Below, piece by piece: positions 45,835 through 55,419 of a DNA stretch of 64,000 bases. A program made the position numbers and the translations under genes. Each line of letters opens with the position of its first letter. Position 1 is the first letter of the stretch. Where the stretch lies: contig CAWJZV010000007.1 of assembly GCA_963847445.1 (NCBI GenBank), positions 64,001-128,000 of the forward strand. Direction: 5' to 3'. The notes beneath the pieces were generated by a model. It did no database searches. It was not told the origin of the DNA and saw only the letters and a list, made by a program, of their open reading frames with translations. The stretch is from an uncultured delta proteobacterium. GTDB lineage: Bacteria > Desulfobacterota > Binatia > UBA9968.

Positions 45835-45963
45835 ATGTCGATCACCCCGGTACATCAACGAGGCTACGCAAATCCGCAACTGCTTGCTGAAACGGAATGG
45901 CTCGCGAAACATATGGACGATCCCGCCGTCCGCATCGTCGATGCCCGTCCACCAGAGTTTTAG
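45835..45963 (+). pseudogene. N-terminal fragment of a rhodanese/sulfurtransferase
   Basis: AGGAGG RBS then MSITPVHQRGYANPQLLAETEWLAKHMDDPAVRIVDARPPEF*; the convergent MFS gene ends about 25 nt later. Confidence 0.75.
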
Positions 45964-45987
45964 CAATTCGATCACGCAATCCCGCAA

Positions 45988-47199
45988 CTACTGACTCTCC
46001 TCTGGCGGCCTCACATGGCGGAACACGGCGAAGATCCACAGATCGTAGACAATCTTGATTCCGCCCGCCAGCAGGAACGGCAATCCTAATGCTGGAACCG
46101 CGAGAATCGCGCCGGTGAATAACGGCGCAACCGCGGCGCCGGCGTTGCGCGCGACGGAGAGCACACCGGCCGCCGCGGCCCGCTCGTCGGCATCGACAAC
46201 GGCCATGGTGTAAGACTGCCGCGTCGGCACGTCCATTTGCGAGAGCGAGTAACGTAGCAGTAAAACCGCGGTGGCCCATTCCACGTTGGGCATCAGTGGC
46301 ACCAACAGAATCAGCAAGTTTGACGGCAGGTGGGTGAACACCATCGTGTTGAGTAAACCGATTCGGCGCGCGATCGCCGGCGCGGCGAGAAAGGACAGGG
46401 CGGCGAAAATATTGGTGCCGAAAAAGATCCCGCCCAGGGCGTTCAGATCGGTTTGGTAACGCAGATAAAACCAGTAAGCGACGATGCTCTGGACGATGAA
46501 TGCTCCGGCGAAAGCGTCGAGAGCGAAAAGCCCGGCGAGCTTGATGACGATGCCGCGGGATTTTTGCAGACCGAGCTGGCGTGCTGACGGTCGGGTTTTC
46601 TTTGGCGCTTCGACTTCAGGTGAGAGCAGGGTGAACAGCCCGGCAAGTAAAAGTGCCGAAGCGACGTAACCCCAGATCAAGAATCGGTAACCGGCAATCG
46701 CGGTCGTCAATGAGAAGAGCGACGGCAGGCTGACCGTCAACGCGCCCAGCGCGCCGGCGAAGGAGCCGACCAGATTGTACGCCGAGAAAACCGCGGTGCG
46801 GTGCCGATCGCTGGTGGCCTGCGGCAAGATCGCTTGTTCGAGTGAGAGAAACGGCCCGACTTCTTTTCCCGACGGGCTGATGGTGCCGAAGATTGCCGCG
46901 AGCGTCAGCACCATCGGATTGTCGCTGACGGCAAACGCCAAGCCGGCAAGCGCCATCAGCACTGCGCCGACGATCAGCAAAGTCTTTCGCCCAAAGCTGT
47001 CAGCCACCGCAGTGATGACGATCGTCATCACCGCGCCGCCGGCAAGGGCCGCAGTGAATATCCAGCCGATCGCCGTCGCGCTTAGGCCAATGGCGTCGAG
47101 ATAAAGTCCAAGGATGACCGAGAGAAAACCATACGCCAAAGAACGCACGCCGCAGCTGGCGAACAATAACCAACCGTCCCGGGAGAGGGGAAAACCCAT
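45988..47199 (-). CDS. MFS transporter
   Basis: About 12 TM segments; ADSFGRK motif A, GPFLSLEQA, SQMDVPTRQSY. Confidence 0.93.
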   Translation of the reverse strand: MGFPLSRDGWLLFASCGVRSLAYGFLSVILGLYLDAIGLSATAIGWIFTAALAGGAVMTIVITAVADSFGRKTLLIVGAVLMALAGLAFAVSDNPMVLTLAAIFGTISPSGKEVGPFLSLEQAILPQATSDRHRTAVFSAYNLVGSFAGALGALTVSLPSLFSLTTAIAGYRFLIWGYVASALLLAGLFTLLSPEVEAPKKTRPSARQLGLQKSRGIVIKLAGLFALDAFAGAFIVQSIVAYWFYLRYQTDLNALGGIFFGTNIFAALSFLAAPAIARRIGLLNTMVFTHLPSNLLILLVPLMPNVEWATAVLLLRYSLSQMDVPTRQSYTMAVVDADERAAAAGVLSVARNAGAAVAPLFTGAILAVPALGLPFLLAGGIKIVYDLWIFAVFRHVRPPEESQ

Positions 47200-47219
47200 C
47201 GAACTCGCTTGGGATCAGT

Positions 47220-47963
47220 TCACCGCGAACTGCCGCTGCCCATGGAGTTTAGCCGGCCGCCGTCCACCGGCAAGATCGAATTGGTAATGTAGCTCGCTTT
47301 ATCCGAGGCAAGAAACAACGCGGCCTCGGCGACATCTTCCGGCTGACCGATGCGGCGCAGGGGAATGATGTCGTATTCCGGTTTACGGCTGCCCATGTCC
47401 TTGGCACCGATCGGCGTACCGACCAGGCCGGAGATCAAACCATTAACCCGGATCGTTGGCGCCAGGTCGGCGGCGGCTTGTCGGGTTAGGGAATTCACCG
47501 CGCCCTTGGAAATCGAGTAGGCCGCGCCACCGGGGCTCGATCGCTCGCCGGAGGCGGCGGAAATATTGATGATGCTACCGTTGCCCTGCGCTTTCATCAT
47601 TTTGCCGGCATGTTGAATGCAGAGAAAGTAGCCGGTCAGGTTGATCGCCAGTATGCGGTTCCATTCTTCCAACGTAATGTCGAGGATACCGCCCTTGCTC
47701 GAGTGGGCGACGTTGTTGACGAGAATATCCAGGCCGCCATGTTTGGTCTTGATGTGATCGAACATCGCCTTGACTTGTTCAGCATCGGACACATCGGCGG
47801 CGAAAAAATCGCCGCCGATCTCCTCGGCAACTTTCTTGGCGTCCGCTTCATGGCGCGAATGCACCACGACTTTAGCGCCCTCGCGGGCGAACGCCCGCGC
47901 GATCGCCAGGCCGATATTATGAGTGGAGCCGGTAACCAAAGCGATTTTGTCTGCGAGCAACAT
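47220..47963 (-). CDS. Short-chain dehydrogenase/reductase
   Basis: ALVTGSTHNIG, DILVNN, YSISK catalytic motif. Confidence 0.93.
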   Translation of the reverse strand: MLLADKIALVTGSTHNIGLAIARAFAREGAKVVVHSRHEADAKKVAEEIGGDFFAADVSDAEQVKAMFDHIKTKHGGLDILVNNVAHSSKGGILDITLEEWNRILAINLTGYFLCIQHAGKMMKAQGNGSIINISAASGERSSPGGAAYSISKGAVNSLTRQAAADLAPTIRVNGLISGLVGTPIGAKDMGSRKPEYDIIPLRRIGQPEDVAEAALFLASDKASYITNSILPVDGGRLNSMGSGSSR

Positions 47964-48108
47964 GCAATACTCCTTGGGCTGTTGAAAGTTTGTAGCTATC
48001 TCAAGCCCGAGTGGCGGGCAATAATTTTTGCCGTAACGCTAATAGTGGACTAACCGTTGCGTCTAACCAACTGAAACCTCCATGCTGTGACAAACTGGAG
48101 TCTACAAT

Positions 48109-48393
48109 ATGACCAACCAAGGTTTCGCCGGCACCGTCGGTCTCAGTTCGGCGATGGCAATCCTTCTTGCCTTCACCGGCTGCTCAAGCCGATCGACTAA
48201 GCTGATTCACCCGCAAAGCGGCGCCACCGCCGAGTGCAGCGCCAACGGTTTCGCTGTCGGCGTCAGCATCGCCGACGGCATCGTCGGCGGCTGCAGCCGG
48301 GCCTACGAAGAGCGCGGCTACGTGCCGTTGGAACGGCTCCAACCCGATGAGCGCGCCAGTCTGGAGCGGCGCGGCCTGCTGGGTAAAAATTAG
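48109..48393 (+). CDS. Small lipoprotein
   Basis: GGAG RBS, lipobox FTG|C, two further Cys. Confidence 0.7.
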   Translation: MTNQGFAGTVGLSSAMAILLAFTGCSSRSTKLIHPQSGATAECSANGFAVGVSIADGIVGGCSRAYEERGYVPLERLQPDERASLERRGLLGKN

Positions 48394-48449
48394 TTGCGGG
48401 CAAATCCGTAGCGGCAACGGTCGAACACTAGGCAGCCGGCGAAGCTGCG

Positions 48450-49460
48450 TCATCCGCCGAGCGAGATCATTTCGATTTTCTTATGGTTTTTGGGATCGTA
48501 GTTCGACGAATTGAGCGCGGTCAGACGATCGGCTGAATAACGGTCGGTGCGCCCAGACCAGATCTTAGCGATGAACTGGCCAATCTCGTCGTCGCTGGCA
48601 CCGCTGCGTAGCTGCGCCTTCAAGTCATGACCGACATCGGAAAATAGGCAGGTGACGAATTTCCCGTCGGCGGTAATCCGCGACCGCGTGCAGCTTGAAC
48701 AAAATGGTTCGGTCACCGAAGCGATCACGCCGATATCGCCCTGGCCGTCGAGGAATTCGTAATCCACCGACGGCGCGCTGCCCTGGTCGCGGCCGATTTC
48801 CCGCAGCGGATAGCGGGCGTGGATCGTTTCGATAATCTGTTTTTTCGCCACCAATTTTGCCGAAGTCCAGTTGTTCGAGTTGCCGACATCCATGTACTCG
48901 ATGAAACGCATGGCAAAGCCGTTGGCGCGGGAGAACTCCACGAGCGGCAAGATATCGTCGTCGTTGACGCCGCGCTCGATCACGGCGTTGAGCTTGAGCG
49001 GCGCCATACCGGCGGCTTTGGCGGCAAAGATTCCTTCGAGCACTTTGTCGAGGTCGCCGCGCTTGGTCATGCGTTTGAACTTATCGGCATCCAGGGTATC
49101 GATGCTGACATTCACCCGTTTCAGTCCGGCTTTGGCGAGGGCGCCGATTTGACTGGCCAACAGCGCGCCATTGGTGGTCAGACAAAGGTCCATGAGGCCG
49201 TCCAGCGGCGCGAGTTTTTCGATCAATCGATGCAGGTCTTGGCGCACCAGCGGCTCGCCGCCGGTGAGGCGAATCTTTTCGACGCCGCGCTCGATAAAGA
49301 GCTTGGCGATGCGGGCGATTTCTTCGAAGGTCAAAATCTCTTTCTTATCGATCCACTCGTACTCATCCATCGGCATGCAGTAGGTGCAGCGGAAATTACA
49401 CCGGTCGGTGACCGAAATGCGCAGGTCCTTGAGCGGCCGATTGAAGCTGTCGGTGATCAT
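48450..49460 (-). CDS. moaA: GTP 3',8-cyclase
   Basis: LRISVTDRCNFRCTYCM, FCSSCTRSR...CLF, C-terminal GG. Confidence 0.97.
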   Translation of the reverse strand: MITDSFNRPLKDLRISVTDRCNFRCTYCMPMDEYEWIDKKEILTFEEIARIAKLFIERGVEKIRLTGGEPLVRQDLHRLIEKLAPLDGLMDLCLTTNGALLASQIGALAKAGLKRVNVSIDTLDADKFKRMTKRGDLDKVLEGIFAAKAAGMAPLKLNAVIERGVNDDDILPLVEFSRANGFAMRFIEYMDVGNSNNWTSAKLVAKKQIIETIHARYPLREIGRDQGSAPSVDYEFLDGQGDIGVIASVTEPFCSSCTRSRITADGKFVTCLFSDVGHDLKAQLRSGASDDEIGQFIAKIWSGRTDRYSADRLTALNSSNYDPKNHKKIEMISLGG

Positions 49461-49565
49461 CGCAGTAACTATGCAACAAAGGGGTAGGGGGTTCAAGCTC
49501 GCGCTTTTTTCGCTGGAAAATCATTGCTTTGCCGGATTTGGCCGATCTGTTATTCTATTTCGGCA

Positions 49566-51104
49566 ATGAGCCTGCGCCAGCAACAAATCGCCGTCTTTTG
49601 CGCCACGGTGGTAGTCATTTTCGGCCTACTCGGTGCCGGTATCTGGTTGATCGCCCAGCGCTTAACCGCCGAAGCGACCTTGCAGACCGCGTTGTTAATG
49701 GCGCGCCAGGTCGAGATCGCCCTGGCTGATAGCTTGCGCGAGCGCCCGGTGATCGTCCAGCGCCAGCAGCAGGCACAAAAAGCGCCGGCGTCATTCTGGG
49801 GATTTCTCGGCAATGTTTTCGATGGCCGCCGGTCGGCACCATCCTCGACCACCACGACCACCCGCTACAGCGCGCCGCGCCATGACGATGTCCGCGGCCT
49901 GATGCGCGCCTTCGTCGACCGGAGCGCCAGTATCGAAGCCATGTGGGTGGTCAACGGCGACGGGCAGTTGCTGTACACGTCAGTCGCTGGCGATGGCGAG
50001 AAGTCGCCGTCGACGACTCTGGTCATGAATAAATTGCGCAACGGCGAAACTCTCACCAGCACCAAACGCCAGGGCAATAACGACTATTACGATGTCTGGG
50101 TGCCCTTGCAGATGCCTCAAGGCGTGCGCAGTCCAGGCGGGTTGCGGCTCTGGCTCAACCCAGCCGATTGGACGGGGCTGCTATCCGGACTATGGCACCA
50201 GCTGACTTTACTGTTCGTCCTCGGCGGTGGCGTGGCGCTGGTGGCGGCGTTTCTGACCACGACGCTCTATACGCGCCGTTTTCGCCTGATCGCCGACACC
50301 CTGCGCCAAGCCGAAGCCGGCACCTACGCGGCCCGTCCGCAGTATGGCAGCCAGGACGAAGTCGGCGTTAGTTTGGACTTGATCGATCGCCTGGTCATGA
50401 AGCAGCGCAAAAACGTCGGCGCGCCCGCGCCGGTACAGCGGCTAGCGATCGCGGCGCGAACGCTGGCCCATGAAGTCAAAACGCCGCTCAACGCCTTGGC
50501 CATCCATCTCGAAGTCTTGCGCAACAAGTTGACGTCGGAAGAGGACAACGATCAGCAATCCCAACGCTCGATCACCGCCTTGGACTCGAGCATTCGCCAG
50601 GTCGACCGTCTGGTGCGCGACTTTACCGACTATTCCGCGCCGGTAACCATGGAGCGGAAACCGATCGACGTCGCCGCCGTGTTGCACACCAGCTTGGAAG
50701 CGATCGGTTCGGCGTGCCAGGCGAAGAAGATAAATTTAATGAAAGAACTCGCCCCCGGCCCCTGGCAGGTTTCCGGCGATGCCACGCGTTTGCGCCAGAC
50801 CTTCGACAATCTTTTGCGCAACGCCATGGAAGCCCAGCCCGACGGCGGCGAAGTCATTGTCAGCGCCAAAGCGCAAAGCGCTCAGCTGATCATCGACATC
50901 AGCGACGCCGGCCCCGGCGTGCCGCCCGACCAGCGTGGCGAAATCTTCGAGTTCGGCAAAACCACCAAAGCCACAGGCAGCGGCATCGGCTTGCCGTTGA
51001 GTCAGTTGATCGTCGAATCCCACGGCGGCTCGCTGGTTTATCAAGAGCGCAACGGCAGCGGCGCGACCTTTCGTGTGCAATTACCCATGGAGGCAGTTGT
51101 TTAA
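49566..51104 (+). CDS. Membrane sensor histidine kinase
   Basis: Two TM segments, H-box LAHEVKTPLNAL, NLLRNA, DAGPG, GSGIGL. Confidence 0.94.
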   Translation: MSLRQQQIAVFCATVVVIFGLLGAGIWLIAQRLTAEATLQTALLMARQVEIALADSLRERPVIVQRQQQAQKAPASFWGFLGNVFDGRRSAPSSTTTTTRYSAPRHDDVRGLMRAFVDRSASIEAMWVVNGDGQLLYTSVAGDGEKSPSTTLVMNKLRNGETLTSTKRQGNNDYYDVWVPLQMPQGVRSPGGLRLWLNPADWTGLLSGLWHQLTLLFVLGGGVALVAAFLTTTLYTRRFRLIADTLRQAEAGTYAARPQYGSQDEVGVSLDLIDRLVMKQRKNVGAPAPVQRLAIAARTLAHEVKTPLNALAIHLEVLRNKLTSEEDNDQQSQRSITALDSSIRQVDRLVRDFTDYSAPVTMERKPIDVAAVLHTSLEAIGSACQAKKINLMKELAPGPWQVSGDATRLRQTFDNLLRNAMEAQPDGGEVIVSAKAQSAQLIIDISDAGPGVPPDQRGEIFEFGKTTKATGSGIGLPLSQLIVESHGGSLVYQERNGSGATFRVQLPMEAVV

Positions 51105-52462
51105 ATGGCCCGTCCACGTCCCACGTTCTGGTCGTCGATGACGATCGCAGCGACCCGCCAGGGTCTAACCGTTTTACTCGACAGCTGGGGTTATCAGGCC
51201 AGCGAGGCCGAAGACGGCAAGGCTGCGCTGGCCGCTTGCGACCGAGAACTGCCCCAAGCGATCGTCACCGACTTGATGATGCCGGGGATGACCGGCTTGG
51301 AGTTCGTCGCTGCCCTGGGCGAGCGCGTGCAACAAGCCGCGGTGGTTTTCGTCACCGGTCAGGCGGCCATCGACACCGCGGTCCAAGCGATCAAGCTTGG
51401 CGCCTATGATTACCTGTCGAAACCTTTGGAGCCACAGCGCTTGCGCGACGGTGCTCGAAAAAGCTCTGAAGCAAATTACCCTGTCGCGTGAAACCGGCGC
51501 GCTGCGCCAGCGGTTGGAGTCGCCGCTCGGTTCCTACGGCGCCTTGATCGGCAAGTCGGCGCCCATGCGCAAGCTCTATCAACAGATCGGCCAGATCGCC
51601 GCCACCGATGCGGCGGTGCTGGTGAGCGGCGAGAGCGGCACGGGTAAAGAATTGGTCGCGCAAACTTTGCACGATCTATCGCCGCGCCGCGATGGCAACT
51701 TTCTCGCCCTCAACTGCGCGGCGATCTCACCGACGCTGATGGAAAGCGAGCTGTTCGGTCACGAGAAGGGCGCCTTTACCAGCGCCGTCGATCGTCATCT
51801 CGGCTGTTTCGAACAAGCCGACGGCGGCACGCTGTTTCTCGACGAAATCACCGAAATGGCGTTGGAGGTGCAGCCAAAATTCTTGCGCGTGCTCGAGGAA
51901 GGCCAGATACGGCGTATCGGCGGCAATAAAAATATTCAAGTTTCCGTGCGCGTGGTCGCGGCGACCAACCGCCAACCTTTAACAGCCGTAAAAGACGGCA
52001 AGCTGCGCCAGGATCTGTTTTACCGGCTGAACGTGTTTTATCTGGAACTGCCGCCTCTGCGCGAGCGCGGCTGAGGATATCGAGCTGCTCGCCGGATATT
52101 TTCTCGAATCCTTCGCGGCGAAGTATCAAAAGGCCAAACTCCCTTGGTCAAGCGATTTTGGCGCCGCCTTGCGCAGCCATCACTGGCCCGGCAACGTCCG
52201 CGAGTTGCGCAATGCCATGGAGCGCTTGACGGTTTTAACTAGCGGAGCGAGTTTGACCGCAGCGGACTTCAAACAGTTTTGCCTGTCGACGTTGGTCGAA
52301 GAAGCCTCCGATCTCGCGCCCATGTCCCTCGCCGAAGCCGAGCGCGTCGCGATCGAACGCGCGCTTGCGGCGACGGCTGGGAATAAGACCCACGCCGCCC
52401 AGCTGCTCGGCATCACGCCGAAAACATTGAACGCCAAACTGACCCTCTACTCGCACGAGTAA
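51105..52462 (+). CDS. sigma54-dependent (NtrC-type) response regulator (frameshifted)
   Basis: Receiver [39 protein letters not shown], Fis-type HTH. Confidence 0.95.
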
Positions 52463-52515
52463 TTTTCTCCCTCGGCATAACTTTTTTTCCATTCCTATCC
52501 GCGCCTGGCGCGCGC

Positions 52516-52528
52516 CAAGTGGTTGATT
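52516..52528 (-). promoter_or_regulatory. IHF binding site
   Basis: Minus strand AATCAACCACTTG matches WATCAANNNNTTR exactly, just upstream of a sigma54 site. Confidence 0.65.
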
Positions 52529-52546
52529 CTATTTCCATCCGTGCCT

Positions 52547-52562
52547 TTGGCATAGCCATTGC
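52547..52562 (+). promoter_or_regulatory. sigma54 promoter
   Basis: TTGGCATAGCCATTGC (GG-N10-GC). Confidence 0.8.
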
Positions 52563-52625
52563 CATGCGTTAGAAGCGGAAGGCTGAGCAGAACCTTGGCG
52601 CAAACTCTGAGCGAGGAGCGGAGCG

Positions 52626-53287
52626 ATGGAGAAATATTTAAGGACTTTGCTGTTGCTGCAAGCGTTGCTGGTGGTTTTTGCCACATCCGGCGCGCACGCC
52701 TTGCGCAAGGATCGGCGCGATGCCGAGCGTGCTAAACCCCGCGCCGAACAGCAGTTGGATCGAATTCGCAGTGTCATGCTGCCGCTCTTGCAGGCGACCG
52801 ATCAGCGCATCGCCGTTGAAGATGTTCGGCTCACCATCGTCGATGAAGCCAAGATCAACGCCGCCAGTGGCGGCAATGGCCAGTTCTACGTCACCACCGG
52901 CTTACTACGGCAAGCCAGCGACGAGCAACTGCGCGGCGTCCTCGCCCATGAGATCGCCCATGAAGATCTCGGTCATCCCACCAAAGCGCAGGTGCTCGGC
53001 GCTGGGGTCGGCTTGGGTGCAGCTTTGTTGGAAAAAGTATTTCCCGGCTAGCGGTGCCATCGCACCCATCGCGGGAACCCTGGTCACCGGCCACTATAGC
53101 CGGCCCATGGAATTGGCCGCCGACCGCCACGCCATCAAGCTGCTCCAGCGCGCCGGCTATTCGAAGAACACCATGCTCAATACCCTCGCCTGGCTGATGC
53201 AGCTGTAATGGCGACACCGGCGGCGGTATTTTCGCCACCCATCCGGCCATCTCGGAGCGCATTCAGGCCTTGCAAGCGCGCCGTTAA
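52626..53287 (+). CDS. Exported M48 metallopeptidase (LoiP/BepA-like domain; frameshifted)
   Basis: Signal peptide, INAA, LAHEIAH, YSRPMELAAD, FATHP...ERI. Confidence 0.88.
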
Positions 53288-53380
53288 ACGGTTGGTAATT
53301 TCTTCTTGGCAGCACCCGTTATTACCAAGCTAGATTCCTACGTCGATTCGCTAAGCGGTTGGAATATTGACGATTCTCTC

Positions 53381-53397
53381 TTGGCATTGGGGTTGCT
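53381..53397 (+). promoter_or_regulatory. sigma54 promoter
   Basis: TTGGCATTGGGGTTGCT (GG-N10-GC); inverted repeat TTGGTAAT-N21-ATTACCAA at 53292-53328. Confidence 0.8.
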
Positions 53398-53442
53398 GTA
53401 TAGGTCAATCAGAGACCTAGCAGGCGAAAGGAGATAGCGATC

Positions 53443-53607
53443 ATGAGTAGCAATAGTCCAGTGAAGATTTTAGCACTGCTTGGGGAAATGGCGCGCTGCC
53501 TCAATCAGAACCTGTCCAAGGTAAGAATTACCCCGATCGATTCGGCGTTTACTGTCAGCCCAACCACGGCAATAGCGACGCCTTCGGCGCAATCTTCGCA
53601 AGACTAA
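53443..53607 (+). CDS. 54-aa small protein of unknown function
   Basis: AGGAG RBS after the sigma54 promoter; MSSNSPVKILALLGEMARCLNQNLSKVRITPIDSAF...; below the ORF-track cutoff. Confidence 0.5.
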   Translation: MSSNSPVKILALLGEMARCLNQNLSKVRITPIDSAFTVSPTTAIATPSAQSSQD

Positions 53608-53619
53608 AGAGGTTCGGTC

Positions 53620-53910
53620 GTGAAGCTGAAAAACCGTACCGTTGTTATGCTGATTCTCGGTGCGCTGCTAATCAGTGCCGGCAGTCAAGCCGCGGCCAAA
53701 GATCAGAGTAAACATTTAACCAACCACCGCGACGACAAAGCCGCTACCCAGATGAGCGGCAAGGGCAGCGCGAATCACAATGCCCAGTGGTCCGCCGATC
53801 CGACCCGCGGTTGGGTGCGGGCTGACGAGCGGCAGGAACTGCGGAAACCGAGCGTGGCGGCGAAAATCGCGACAAAGCGAAACGAGAAAACTAAAGGAAA
53901 AGGCTATTAG
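53620..53910 (+). CDS. Small exported basic protein
   Basis: Signal peptide ending AAA; Lys/Arg-rich; GAGG RBS. Confidence 0.65.
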   Translation: MKLKNRTVVMLILGALLISAGSQAAAKDQSKHLTNHRDDKAATQMSGKGSANHNAQWSADPTRGWVRADERQELRKPSVAAKIATKRNEKTKGKGY

Positions 53911-53935
53911 GGGAGAGATCGAGAGGAAGAAGCAT

Positions 53936-54293
53936 ATGATAAGCAGGAAAGCATTATATCAGAGGAACGGCAGCGAGCATGATGACGGTGACAATTCTAT
54001 TGTCGGGTTGCTCCGGCGGCTCGCTCAGCACCAGAGAAAAAGGTGCGGGTATCGGTGCCCTCGGCGGCGCAGCGGCCGGAGGAATCGTCGGCGCCGCGGT
54101 GCGGCGGCCGGCGGCGGGAGCTCTCATCGGCGGCGCCCTGGGTCTCGGTGCCGGCGCTCTGGTCGGCGATCAGCTGCAAGGCCATGAGAACACCAACTCC
54201 CAGCAGCAGCAGCAGATCAATCGCAACCAAGCCGAGATCGAGCGCCAGCGTCAAGAGATCCAGCGCATGCAGCGCCAGCGTGCCGAGTACTAA
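53936..54293 (+). CDS. Glycine-zipper lipoprotein (5' frameshift)
   Basis: LLSG|C lipobox, STREKGAGIGALGGAAAGGIVG...GALIGGALG, Gln-rich coiled coil. Confidence 0.85.
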
Positions 54294-54353
54294 CTCGCGC
54301 CACAGTTAAATAAACCAGCTTCTTGCGATTGACAGAATCCATCCGGAGTGACT

Positions 54354-54396
54354 AATCTCGGGCCGTTGATCACTTCAACGGCCCGAGATTTTTTTT
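54354..54396 (+). terminator. Intrinsic terminator
   Basis: Perfect 16-bp stem AATCTCGGGCCGTTGA / TCAACGGCCCGAGATT, 5-nt loop, T-run. Confidence 0.85.
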
Positions 54397-54410
54397 CAGG
54401 AGGATTAACC

Positions 54411-55415
54411 ATGAATACCATCGATGCCGACGGCCATATCGTCGAGACCAATAGCGATATCAGAAAATATCTTGTCGATCCCTACAATAAGCGCGGCGGT
54501 CCGCTGCTGCCGTCGGACGGTTTGGACACGGGGCTGGGCGGTTTGGTTGGCGGTCTAGAACACGTCGACATCCCGACCCGACTCAGTGACATGGACAAAG
54601 AGGGGATCGATGTCGCGGTGCTTTTTCCCACCAGCAGTTTCGCCGTCAACGGTTTCATGGAACGGGACTATGCGGTGGCTTACGCCCGCGCGTACAATGA
54701 TTATGTCGCCGACGTGTGTAAACAAAGTCCGCGTCTCAAAGCGGTCGGGTTGGTCGCGTTGCAGGATCCCGAGGCGGCGGTCGCCGAGGCCAATCGCGCG
54801 GTAACCAAGCTTGGCCTCAGTTCGATCGCGGTGGCGACCCAAGGCATGAAAGAGCATCTGGGATCGAAGAGTTTCTGGCCGCTTTATGAAGAAATGCAGC
54901 GATTGAATGTCCCGCTCAGCGTGCACAATCGGCGCGAGGGTCCCGCGGGTGACAAACGTTTCGACAGTTTTATTTTCATGCACACCATCGGTCGTCCCGT
55001 CGAGACTTTCATTCAGTTTGCCGGTTTGATGTATGCCGGCATTCCCGAGAAGTTTCCCAAACTGCGGGTCTCGTTTCTCGAATGCGGCGTGGGTTGGGCT
55101 CCCTATTGGATCGAACGGATGGATGAGGAATGGGAGAAGCGCGGCAAAGTCGAAACGCCGCTGTGCAAACACAAGCCAAGTGAATATATCGGCCAGGGCA
55201 ACTGGTTTTTCGCCTTCGAGCCGGAGGAAGAGACGCTGCCCTACGCCATCGAACGCATTGGCGACGACAAGATCCTTTTCGCCTCGGACTATCCGCACTG
55301 GGACGGCATGTTTCCTAATGTGACGAAAACCATTCGCGGCCGTAAGGATATTTCCGAACAAGCGAAAAACCGGCTCTTGGGAGAAAATGCCAAACGGCTC
55401 TACGGCTGGAACTAA
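54411..55415 (+). CDS. Amidohydrolase_2 family protein
   Basis: IDADGH, DMDKEGIDVAVLFPT, SVH, FLECG, FASDYPHWD. Confidence 0.92.
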   Translation: MNTIDADGHIVETNSDIRKYLVDPYNKRGGPLLPSDGLDTGLGGLVGGLEHVDIPTRLSDMDKEGIDVAVLFPTSSFAVNGFMERDYAVAYARAYNDYVADVCKQSPRLKAVGLVALQDPEAAVAEANRAVTKLGLSSIAVATQGMKEHLGSKSFWPLYEEMQRLNVPLSVHNRREGPAGDKRFDSFIFMHTIGRPVETFIQFAGLMYAGIPEKFPKLRVSFLECGVGWAPYWIERMDEEWEKRGKVETPLCKHKPSEYIGQGNWFFAFEPEEETLPYAIERIGDDKILFASDYPHWDGMFPNVTKTIRGRKDISEQAKNRLLGENAKRLYGWN

Positions 55416-55419
55416 TTCG

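Noticed and set aside
49461-49565. Moco riboswitch upstream of moaA
   Set aside because: The intergenic space is only about 105 bp, shared with a divergent gene, and shows no recognisable structure.
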